A stretch of DNA of 64,000 nt, from NCBI RefSeq assembly GCF_018977255.1, contig NW_024704743.1, positions 56,236,001 to 56,300,000 on the forward strand, in the 5' to 3' direction. The position numbers and the translations under genes were made by a program. The DNA is from Callorhinchus milii (Eukaryota). The first letter of the stretch is position 1. The number at the start of each line of letters is the position of its first letter. This document shows, in pieces, positions 37,286 through 48,546 of this stretch. The notes under the pieces were generated by a model. It saw only the letters and a program-made list of their open reading frames with translations. It had not been told where the DNA came from and made no database searches.

Positions 37286-39915
37286 GCAAAACGTCTTAAA
37301 CTGCTTCACAGAATATATATTATAAAGTGAATTTACTCTATTTGTGGGTAAAAATAGGTCTGTTTGAAGACATACCTTGACAGAGGAGAGGGAAAAACAA
37401 AGCTTATGAAGATTTTATAGCCTTTTATGCCCATCACATTCATTTTCACTAATATTTCTCTACCTTCACTATTCCTGTATTCATTGAGTACGAATTTTGT
37501 CTTCATTTTTGACTGAAGGTGGCTTCCATAGTGCCAGAAAATTTATCAGAAAATTGCATATATTGGATTTAAACTCTGTGTCACATAATTATTCATTTAA
37601 CTGGTGTATGCAAGCAGCTGTTGGCATCAATTTTCTTTTGCAATGGGCATAACTCATTGTTTGAGATTAGCAAAAGTTCAACAGACATGATGGCAGAGCA
37701 AAGTGGAAAGTAACCAAAAACTTTATATTGATGTAAACCATTTATTGCACTGCATCAGTATTTAATTATGTATCACGTGTCAGGATATTGGGGTAAAAGT
37801 ACTTGAAAGGTAGCGTGCTTTTACACCAAAATCATTTTTATTCTAACAGCCCACGAGACAGTGTGGTTCGGGTACCTCTGGTAGGAAACGTTTGTGTGAT
37901 CATGAGCTGTTCCTTGCTCACTTCTGCTTCAAAACAGGATACAGGTTTAAGGAAGGCATTGTCTTATATATTCACCTCACTTTCACACAGGATATCTGGA
38001 GCATTCCAGTGTGGGAGGAGTTTGTTTCCCCGACCATTATCTGGCACTGTGATCAGAGGCCAAAACGTTTTCTGCTGATACGGGAACGGGCTTCAAGACT
38101 CTCCAAGATAGTGGCCTAGTTTCAGGGACTATTAATTCAGATCCAGCCCAATGGTTCCTGGAGAGCTCCTTCCACCCAAATCTTGGCCAACCTCTTGGTC
38201 AGTCAGCTTCACCCCTGAAACCATGGCTAAAATGTACCAACTAAAAGAAATTAATTTGACAGGAGAAGCAGACATATATTTCCCGATGTGAAAACATATC
38301 TAGTGATTTGCTTGGAATTAGATGCAAATTAAATATACTTATTCAAATAAAAAGAATATACAGTAAACTAATGTGTAATTTACATGGAATCCACTGACTT
38401 TTTAAAAAGAAGCTCAATGCTGAACTTATTTCAAGAAAAATGAGGTCTTGCATAACAGTGAAGGATAATGTGACCCATGCCTAATAGCAAATTAATCTTT
38501 TTGCAGAAAAACCCTGGATGTAGATATTGGGGAGGGTATCAATATTTCAAATTTCACTTAAATAACACGTGCTTAATATCAAAAGGGATAATTTCACTCT
38601 GAGTTTAAGATCAGATCTGCCTGTTAATAATTGCCTTAATTGGTGGTTGAATTAACTTGTGCTTTTCAATGAATGTTATGTTTAATATTACATGGATGAT
38701 GAAGAGCCGTGCCAATTATTGCTAATGTTGGATTATCACCCCCAATAATACTCTGTACTCCATGCCAATGGTTCAATAACTATGATGATTCAGCAGAACA
38801 TTTTATCAAAAGTTGATGCACTTTCACCCGCCTACAAATGCAGTCACCGCACTTCATGGTAAATTCTGTAAAGTATTTTGAGACATCCTCCTGACATGAA
38901 ATGCACTGTAGTAAATGCAAAAATTATTGTATTATTTGAAACAAAATATTCTGCAAGTTGCATTCTGTTTGATATAACTTTTTGGAATTGACATAAATTG
39001 GTTGATGCCGAGAGACTGAAACAATTAATACAAATTGCACACTTTGGTGGAGAGAGCCTCTGAAAAATCAATTGTTAAGCGTGTTGATTTGAGGATGTAG
39101 TAATGCTTTAAAGTGGGCACAGTAAATGATGGCAAGCACAATTTTCTTTTCAAAAAGTCAAACTGAATTAAAATGACCGAGAGTGACCTCAGATTGTCAG
39201 TAAATAGGTGATTTGCACTTTGGACTAAATCAATGGGGAGATGCAGCACAAAACTTGCAGATGCATTTTAAAAATAAATACCTGCTATGGTAACTGAAGG
39301 ATGACCTGGCCATACAAAATGCTGGAGGTTGTGTTGCCAAGTAGTGATTAAGAAGTGTTGAGCAGTTGCTAAGGAAAGCAAAGTCAACAGCTTGTGGTTC
39401 GAGCTAAAACAACAATGTTTACAAAGTTGTAAACGATTCATGAGGAGTCATCAGTCTAAGTTAAGGACTAGGGTGCTTTATATCATAATGTTCATCAAAT
39501 GAATGAAGAAATGATCATCAAATGAATAGTGCACAGAGACCAAAACACTTAATACAGATTCATTTAGGGGGAGGTTATAAAATGAGATGTTTGTTTTGTG
39601 CAGTTTTTGTGATTGTGAAGGTCGGAAGCAACCATATGGTACATTTTACCTTCTACATATTTTTAATGATTTAATTATTTCCATTTGATATTAAGTTTTA
39701 CTTCTTTGATTCCAGTTAAAATGGTTTAACTATTAAGTGTTCATAATACATTGGTTTGTTTAAGGGTGGGGTTAGTTTGTCAATGTGGGTTATAAATGCA
39801 GGGATTATTAGGTCTTTTTGTTGTAGCACCATGGTTTGTACCCAGTATTGCTGAAATGTGACACTTTTATGGTGTAATTTTGCCTACAGCTCCTTGACTC
39901 TATTTAAGAAAAAGA

Positions 39916-40162
39916 TGTCAGCCTGGCTCAGGCAGTAGCACTCTCACCTCTGAGTCAGAAGGTTGTGAGTTCTTGCTCCACATTGAGGCTTTGGCTGACA
40001 CACTTCCAGTTCTGGGGGCGCACTGCATTTTAGGAGGTGCTTTCCTACAGCTGAATCATTGAGCCTAGGTCTCGTCTGCCTATTCAGGTGGATGTTAGAT
40101 ATTTTAGTGTCTTGAGATGGCCCCCCCAACACAAAAGGCACTATATAAATGTAAACTTGTTG
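39916..40162 (+). mobile_element. Older Deu-type SINE head joined to an L2-like tail
   Basis: gtcagcctggctcaggcagtagcactctcacctctgagtcagaaggttgtgagttc head; ggcactatataaatgt tail. Confidence 0.65.
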
Positions 40163-42249
40163 TGGACATGAATAACTCACCTAGGCCTCCATCAAAATGT
40201 ATCTTTCCAACTATTCTATTTCAACCTTTATTGCAGTTTAGTGTTAAAATAGTGTTGTCACGTTCTAGAGAAAAGCATTAAAATTGGCACTCTAAGTCTA
40301 TAAACCTATAAATCCATATCATGCTGTTTAACCACTTATCAACATTTGTATTTTCTATCAATAGAAATATTTACTTGAACCTATTTTTAGGAAATATTAA
40401 CAACAATTTAGAGGAAACCCCAGTGTGTTGAACTTTGTAAATGTCAAAATAAATATGGAAAATCTTTAACCACTTCCACTACAAAATTATCTAAACTTTA
40501 TCATTTGGCATTCATGAACAATGCATATAAACATTTGTTACAAAACTGGATGAATGGTAATTACAGCACTGTTTTGTTAGCATGTCAAAATGCAACAAAA
40601 TAATATACCAGCAATTGGAATGCCTGTTATGTTATGAAATGTTTTATGATATCTGCTACTCAAACTGATTTGCTTCCCAGGTGCTATCCTGAACACTGAT
40701 TGTCAGTAGATCTTGAAGCACAACTATCCGAATTGTATGCAATTTCTCATGGTTTGTCCTCCAGTCTCTTGTGCAAACATTTTCAGTGATGGGTAAGGTA
40801 AGTTGAGGCCAGGCACCAGTAAGTATTTCTTTACATGAATCAACAACTGGAATGGGTGACCAGGTTAGGGGTGGAGGCCAGGGCACGGGCAGGATTCATT
40901 GAGAAAAAATGATGCAATGGAAAGATGATATAGCTGATATTCTGGAAAAATGAGGTCAAATTAACTGAACAGCTTCCAACTACTTTTTTTTGCAAATGGA
41001 CCAAAGGCTTTATTTATATCTCTTGTGTTATGAAAATGGACATAAGAGCTGTTCAGAGAATAGCCTTTGGGAGTTTGCATGAATTAGAGAGTTCAGGTGA
41101 CGAGTTGCTTCAACCATTTAGTGTGGATGTACGCTGGGTCATAAGATTGTGAAGAAGAAATGTTTATTCATTGATGGTGAATAAATGGTGATTTATTAAA
41201 CATAGATTTACGTTTTCCAGGTGAAATTTAATTGATATAATGTTAAAAAAAGTCTCTTTCTGAGATGGCTTTTCCAGAGGATTTCAGCATGAGCACTGAC
41301 TCATATTCTATTCAGTACTTTACTATTGTGGAGAAAAATATTCCATTCTTGACACCCTCCCCCACATTTTAATTAATACAAAAAGGAAGGAAGTCATTTG
41401 ATCTTGTTCACACATGCAGTAAAGTGCTAAGATTCATTCATGTCAGAACCTGATAAGTACATGAAACTGGCAAGGTTTCAACTTCCAATGTGGGAGAATC
41501 TTTACTCATTGCCAAAACCATATTTTGAAATACATCTAACAACAACAACAAATTACATTTGTATAGTGCCTTTCACATCAGGAGGACACCCATTACTGAT
41601 TCAGGCGATCAGTGGATTCAGAGGCAGCGTGATAGGTGATCTGTATTTGTATTTCCAGCAGCCTATTAAGTCCATAATCTATTTTTCATATAACTGAGTA
41701 GAGTGTTGATAATTTTGGCAATGAGTAAAGTTAAAGGGCATTGCTATTCTGGTAGACATCTTGGAAAAGAATTGACCTGCAAAATAGAGTATAACTAGAG
41801 GCCATTGAACCATATAATTTACAGCACAGAAGAAGACTATTCTTCTTTAGAGTCAATCATGTCTGTGCTAATAAGGATTGTGCTGGCTCTTTAAAAGAAC
41901 ATTCCATTCTGTCCCATTTATTTGGCTTTTCCCCAACCACTGCAAATAGTTGTCTTCTAGTTTTCTCTTGAAAGCTAATCACACCTGGTTGGGCATTCCA
42001 CTCTCTGACGACTATGTGTAAACGTTTGTGTTAATGTTTCTACGTTGTTAAATGTCTTAAATTGGTGCCCTCTAGTTACTAATCCCTCCACTAGAGATAC
42101 AAAATAAGGGATACAATTTTATTTAAAGCTACGTTGGTTGAAAGTAAAATTAGGGAATACCTCACATAAAGGCTTTTGAAAACATACAAAAGACATACAA
42201 AGACTATTTCGCAGTACGCAGTATGTATCCTGGATACCAGGTCAACTAT

Positions 42250-42566
42250 TATAATAATAATAATCCTTGTATTTGATATAGCGCTTTTCATGTCGGGAGG
42301 ACGTCCCAAAGCGCTTCACAGAACACCCAGTAAAGTGAATTGACTGTATATTTGTGGGCGAACGCGGCAGCCAATTGCGCACAGCAATGTCCCACAAACA
42401 GTCGTAGATTGAAAATGACCAATTTATTATTGGTTTTGGTTTTGGAGGGATTATTATTAGGGGTGTGGAGTAAGGAAACTTGCCCAAGGTTTCGCCCTGC
42501 CTGGAATTGAACTCAGGTCTCTCACTTGCAAAGCGAGTGCTCTAACCATTGAGCTGCAGGACTCCA
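42250..42566 (-). mobile_element. Young tRNA-headed SINE, short subfamily
   Basis: Full-length and highly similar to 902-1219 and 5666-5960. Confidence 0.87.
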
Positions 42567-42883
42567 AGCAGGAATAGTGAGGTAAACATGAACGGTCCAA
42601 AATATGTGCCGTCCCTCATGGTGGCTGTCAAAAAAAATTTAAGCCTTATGGGAGTAAAACTCAGTTAAAGGGTCAATCCCCTTTCAGACAGGCAACCCAT
42701 TGGCTTGACTGACAGGTCCATCGGAGGGTGAGGATGCTGAACGAGCAGCCCACTGGACCAGAAGTGGGCTGGTGCTGCCAACACGTTGGGAGAGGGACAA
42801 GAAGAGGGCCTCAGGTTGGGGATGCTCAGAGGACTGGCTATGGTCCTCCTTAGAGCTCAGGACTTTCCCCTCCCAGCTCCCTT

Positions 42884-43075
42884 GTAATAATAATAATCCT
42901 TGCATTTGAAATAGCTCTTTATCACATCTTCCAGACATCTCAAAGCGCTTCACAGAATATATTGTAAAGTGAATTGACTGTAAATTTTATTATAGGCAAA
43001 ACACGGCAGCCAATTGCGCACAGCAGTGTCCCACAAACAGTCATGGATTGAAGTGACCAATTTATTATTATTGTA
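42884..43075 (-). mobile_element. SINE 3' half
   Basis: Reverse complement of the (ATT)n tail and Deu-like body. Confidence 0.75.
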
Positions 43076-43171
43076 AGAAAAAAGGCAAGTACTGCAGATG
43101 CTGGAAATCTGGTATAAGCACAGAAGTCCCTGGGAACATGCAGCTGGTCAGGCAGCATCTAGAGATGAAAA
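43076..43171. mobile_element. 96-bp Penelope-like insertion
   Basis: actgcagatgctggaaatctg...cagctggtcaggcagcatct motif, flanked by a 14-bp direct repeat ttattattattgta. Confidence 0.6.
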
Positions 43172-44966
43172 TTATTATTATTGTACATAGATGTGGGAGA
43201 GAGGGCAGCCCTGTCTACGCCTAGCCACCTGCCATCTATAGTGTAAGGAAGCATCTATATCTGGTAGAGTGTGTACCTGTCCCTGGTGGTTTATCCAGTG
43301 TGATTTAGGTACAAATCATGAAATCTCTTCTCCCAGAAACTCTCCAGTTTAACTGTAGCACTTTTCCATTTTTTTTCCTTCCCCAATTTTATTCTTTCTA
43401 CCTCCATTTCCATGTTCAAATTTGGGTTTTGATTTTATGACCTGTCTGTACAATTTATTTATTTTCTAAAGAAAAACATTTAGCTTTGGGCACTTTTGTG
43501 TACATATTAAAATTGCTAATATCAAAGACCTGAAATTCCACCTAATGTTAGCCTATGAGGCGGTTTTGTTTCAACATTTGACATTGATTTGTAGAATTGT
43601 GGAAAATTCTTAAATTTGACACAGGTTCTTTTAAGAACCGTATAAAACCGAAGACTTTTCGAAAATAATTTTGTACATTTCTGTTCAATGATAAAATAGC
43701 CTTCAATAAAACTGAGTTGAATTTGGGGTCTCTGACTTTACTTTAAACTACATTTGAGTAATTAAAGCAAGTTTTACATCAGGCAAGCTTTCACATGACC
43801 CAGTGGTTACATTGTCTGATGTAAAACTTGCTTTTGTCTGTTTTGACTAAGTTGTAAGCAATGAGTCAAATTAATAGAAATTGATTCCAAACTCCTGATT
43901 ACATTTTGACTCCCAAGTATTTTGTGTATCATACTACTGAAGTTGTCTCTTATTTTCGCTCATACCCTATCGATGAAACCACCAAGGAGGTTGCAGCACT
44001 GCTCTGCTGTAAACTACCTGGTTTCAAAACCAAAACTGTGAGCAAATGATAATCTGACCTACTTTCATTGTGGCCACCCCACATGTGTTTGGTACTTAAG
44101 ATGGGCCTTGTACCTCCTCCCTGTGTCCATTGTGTGAACAGTTTCACTTCTATTAAACATGCAGCACAGTTTCTTTCTGAACTCTGGTCAATTGGTATTA
44201 GATATTTTGTTTTTGCTCCTTTATCTGAATGATCGCTTAGCAGTTTGTCAAGTGCTGCAGAGGTTGATTGTGATTTAGCAGAGGTTAATCAGGCTGCAAA
44301 TTGATGGTGTGTGGCATGATGGCCATGAGTCATAGGGCATGAGACCAAAATGTAACCAAGTGAGCAGATTTGTATTCCTTTAACTCTTTGATGATTCTTT
44401 AGTTCCATCCTCACTGTATAAACAAATAATTGATCACTTTTAGAGATTTTCCTCTTTCTGTAAATCCTTCTGCTTTCCTACTCGGTGCTGTCTAATGTTT
44501 AATCTCTTACTACATCTGGTTGACCTATAAATTACAAGTGTAGGTTCAGCAGTTTTCCTTCTGTTGCTTCTCCAGACCAGTCTCCTTAGTAGCAAGTCAA
44601 ACAGTCCTCTGCTCATTTTACCTCCATCAGTGACATCTCATTTCATTTTTTTGTTCAGCCCACATGCATCCTTTGTTTCCACGTAACACTATCCCAATGT
44701 AATAATAATCCTTGTGTTTGATATAGCATGTTATCAAGTTGTAGAGATGGGTGAGGATGGAGTTGATAGAATCGTGGAGTCTAGTGGGGGAGAGAATGCA
44801 ATTTGCAGAGTTCGGGATGATGAACCTGAGTGGTGGAGAAGGGAGCTTGGGAGGCTGACAAGCAAGGCATTAGGAAAGTTGAGTCTGAAGGTGGCAAAGT
44901 TTGGATGAGATTTTAGTTGTATGGGGTGGGTATTGAGGCAGGCAATGTTGCAGACATGGAGGAAAG

Positions 44967-45860
44967 TAATAATACTACCTACATTTGATTTGGTGCCTTA
45001 TCACATCTCAAAGCGCTTCACAGAATATACTGTAAAGTCAATTGACTGTATATTCCGCGCCTTGGGACATCCTCTTGACGTGAAAGGTGCTCTATAAATG
45101 TAATTTTGCTGTTGTTGTATATTTTGTGGGTGCAACACGGCAGTCAATGTTACACAGCAGTGTCCTACGAACAGTTGTGGATTGAGTGACCAATTTATTA
45201 TTATTTTTTAAAATAACTTTAAGGGATTATTATCGTCGGAAAAGATGTACTTGCCTTGGAGGGGGTGCAGCGTAGATTTACTAGGTTAGTACCAGGGATG
45301 AAGGGGATGAGTTACGAGGATAGGCTGACCAATTTGGGCCTATATTCTCTAGAATATAGAAGAATTAGAGGGGATCTTATAGAAACCTATAAGATCATCA
45401 AAGGGCATGATAGAGTAGATAGTGGGAGATTGTTTCCCCTGGTTGGAGAAACTAAAACCAGGGGTCACAACCTTAAAATCAGAGGCCAGCCCTTTCGTAC
45501 TGAGTTGAGGAAGAACCTCTTCACTCAAAGGGTGGTGAATGTATGGAACTTGCTACCCCAAAGGGTTGTTGACACTCAGTCCTTGAACATATTCAAGACT
45601 GAGATAGATAGATTTCTTATTGCAGAAGGTATTACGGGATATGGGGATAAGGCAGGGTCAGGTTATTAGCTGAAGTTAGATTAGAAGATCAGCCGTGTTT
45701 GAATGGCGGGGCAGGCTCGAAGGGCCGAATGGCCTACTCCTGCTCCTACATGTTATGTTATGTTGTCCCCCAATCAATTAACAACCAGGTTCCTACTTAC
45801 TGCTAGATAAGCAGAAGCATGTGGAGTAAGGAAATTTGCCCAAAGTTTTGCCCTGCCGAT
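44967..45860 (-). mobile_element. Long-subfamily SINE hosting an L2 tail and a CR1 fragment
   Basis: SINE segments at 44967-45054, 45116-45230 and 45765-45860 are collinear on the minus strand. Confidence 0.7.
45231..45764 (+). mobile_element. Young 5'-truncated CR1 LINE (second family)
   Basis: Uninterrupted ORF YRRKDVLALEGVQRRFTRLVPGM...RGDLIETYKII...TRGHNLKI...FTQRVVNVWNLLP to its stop at 45669; (ATGTT)n tail. Confidence 0.92.
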
Positions 45861-48101
45861 GGATGATATCAGAGAAATCTGAACATGGAGAACACTGAGG
45901 AACTCTGCCCTCAACAGTAACATTGTCCCACTTGTTACGCACCTTGAAATATTGATGCTCCTTAGACTAAAATACTCATCCTTAGATGATTCAGATCTAG
46001 GCCAGAATGGAAGCTTCAAAAGTTAATATTTACTCTTCAAAGTAAATGCATCTTCAGAGCCAAATGCTCCAAATTTCTATTCATCTCTGTTCTAGATCAT
46101 GCCCTACATTGGTGCAAAAAAAAAGTAGGCCAAAGTCAACCAATTTTCACCTCAATCTAAAGGAAAGAAACTCCTTTAAAAGTTGAATCAAATTTAGAAA
46201 ACATTTTCTGCCCTTTTTAAATATTTGATTACTGTTTGATCAGCTGTTTTTGAGAATGCATAAGAGAGAGAGATGGTCTTATACTTTGGGTAGTAGAGGT
46301 ATTAAGGGGTATGCTGGTATGCTGAAAGGCCGGGGTATTAGGACTGAAGTCTGCCAATATCCACAAAATAGGTGGAACGGGCTTGATGGACTGGATGGCC
46401 TGATCCTGTTCGTGTTTTCCTACGTTACTTTGGCTGACAAAGCGCAGCAGTTAACTTATGTATTTAAGTGAGGTACCAACTATAGTTGCCGTTTGCATGC
46501 GGAATGGCAACCCACCACCTGCACACTGAGATTTACATGAATGAAGTTGCATTGCATTGAATTAAGTCACAAGCAGCCACAGACTTTATTTCTAGCCATC
46601 TGCACTGCTAGTCTATGTAAATGTCTGTGCATTGGTGATTCAGTATCATTGGTGTGTGCAAATCACATCCCAAGCTCTTTCAGCTGTTGCTTTGCTTCTA
46701 TCTTTGCTTTTATATTTTGTAATTTCTTCCCCTCTCCCCTTTCTATATCTGCTTAAATGCTACATTATAAAAAAGAGCCAAGGACCCACTACCAGAGTTG
46801 TGCTTAATAACTGGATGTTAGTGAAGCCACAAGATAACTTTGAGATGAATATCTCTTACCCCACACCCCCTCCCCTTTCCTGTGGAAAATTGTCTGGCCT
46901 CTAACTGCTTCCATTTATTGCCCCCTTTATCCGAAATTGTCTGAAATTGATCTGTTCTTGCAAGTCCTTAATGGTGCATCCCATTGACCGCAGCAATGCT
47001 ACGCCTCGACTCCATTTTCAACTGCCACCACTTTGGAAAAAATTTGGCTGACAACCAAAACAGATTGCTGTAAAAATCCCACTTGGGAATGACCATGCTT
47101 GCCCATCAGAGTAAGTTTGTTTCAGCAGATGGCATATCCAGTATACGCTTTAGGCAGTTTGGGCTTTTCCATTTATTTTGGGAAAAGTAGATTTGGATAA
47201 ATATAATAATGAGAACAGGCGAATACAGTTGATTTTAAACCAATGGGAAAGTGTTGTTTAGTCCTTCATTAACAAGCTGTTAAAATGCTCTAGGAAAGAG
47301 TTTAAACTATCACCCCTGTAGCTGACTATTGGGTCAAAGGTACTTTTATCTGTGACTTGTCTTGCATCATATGACAACGTTTTACAGACATGATTCCTAG
47401 GCAATTGTACTAACACCTTACTCTTCAACTGCTCTTTGGCTTCCTTATGATTAAATGCATGAGAACTTAGCTTAGATCTTCATTGTATCATTGGGTTAGT
47501 TGTATGTCTGAAGCCATGTGGGAGAATTGCGGACAGTTCTGCAAGACATTTTGTGATGTCAAGATCTATCAGTCACATCCGTGATCAATGAGGTAACAGT
47601 TTCAAAAGAATGAAACAAAAGAAAAGCTGGCAAACTGGCTGTCAAAATACAGATGTTACACATTCCTACAACCAATGCATTGTTTAGGGGCAGCATTTGC
47701 GGATCACTGTGCTTTGTCTACAAATCGGTCCAGGCTCAAACAATCAATAATACACATCCCGAGATAAACAATGACATTAATGGCTTAAAAGTATTTTTTT
47801 TATGCCTTGATGCCAGGTTGCTCTGGCAACCAGTAATAGGAAAATAAGGGCACAGGGAAATTTTTACAAAGAGGTGAGTTGAGATGTAAAATAATTTAAC
47901 ATGCTATGGCACTTATCTGGCAGGATAGTAAAGAAGGCTGAAGGATCCCCAAGGAATGAAAGAAATGGAAGGTGACTCAGTCTGGCTGTGATGGGAAGGA
48001 TGAGTGGCAAGTCTAGCACCCGTCCTTCTGCCCACAGATCTGAATGCGGTGTCGAAAGAGAGAATGAGAGTGAAAAATGCAACATGATGTGCTAATTCAT
48101 A

Positions 48102-48546
48102 CAGTGAGAATTATCACCTCACTGAAAATTGTGTTCAAGCCGGTCAGTAATTTATTGACTGACTGGCCTCAGGTGTGAACTCTCCTGACTTCAGCACAGT
48201 GGTTGGGCCCAAAGCCTCCGTCCACTACCATTGGCATTTCTGTGTGAAGTTTCAGTACTGCTTCATGGAAGGCCGTTCTTACTGCGATCTCACAAGGCGA
48301 CAATCAAACACATACTTGGTGGGCAACACCTCTAGCAGGGGTGGCCAGAGATTTTGACTCCACTTTATTGTCTTAGTTATGAGGTGAAGAGGCAGTGGGG
48401 TTGTGGTGTTGGTGGGCATTCACAATCCAAATATTAATTGGCTTGATAAAGTTCCAAAGTCAGCAAAGATCACACCCGAGGCCAGTAGATCAATAAATTA
48501 TCGACTGGCTTGAACACAATTTTCAGTCAGGTGATAATTCTTGCAG
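48102..48546. mobile_element. MITE / non-autonomous DNA transposon with ~90-bp terminal inverted repeats, TA-flanked
   Basis: 48102-48191 is the imperfect reverse complement of 48457-48546; TA at 48100-48101 and at 48547-48548. Confidence 0.7.

Noticed and set aside
39944..40180. ORF containing DSAVGKHLL, resembling a Penelope GIY-YIG motif
   Set aside because: The nucleotides are the antisense reading of a diverged Deu-type SINE.
33718..43616. Shared ~20-mer ttgtggaaaattcttaaatt at ~33722 and ~43597
   Set aside because: Short and AT-rich with no extension; no structural interpretation.
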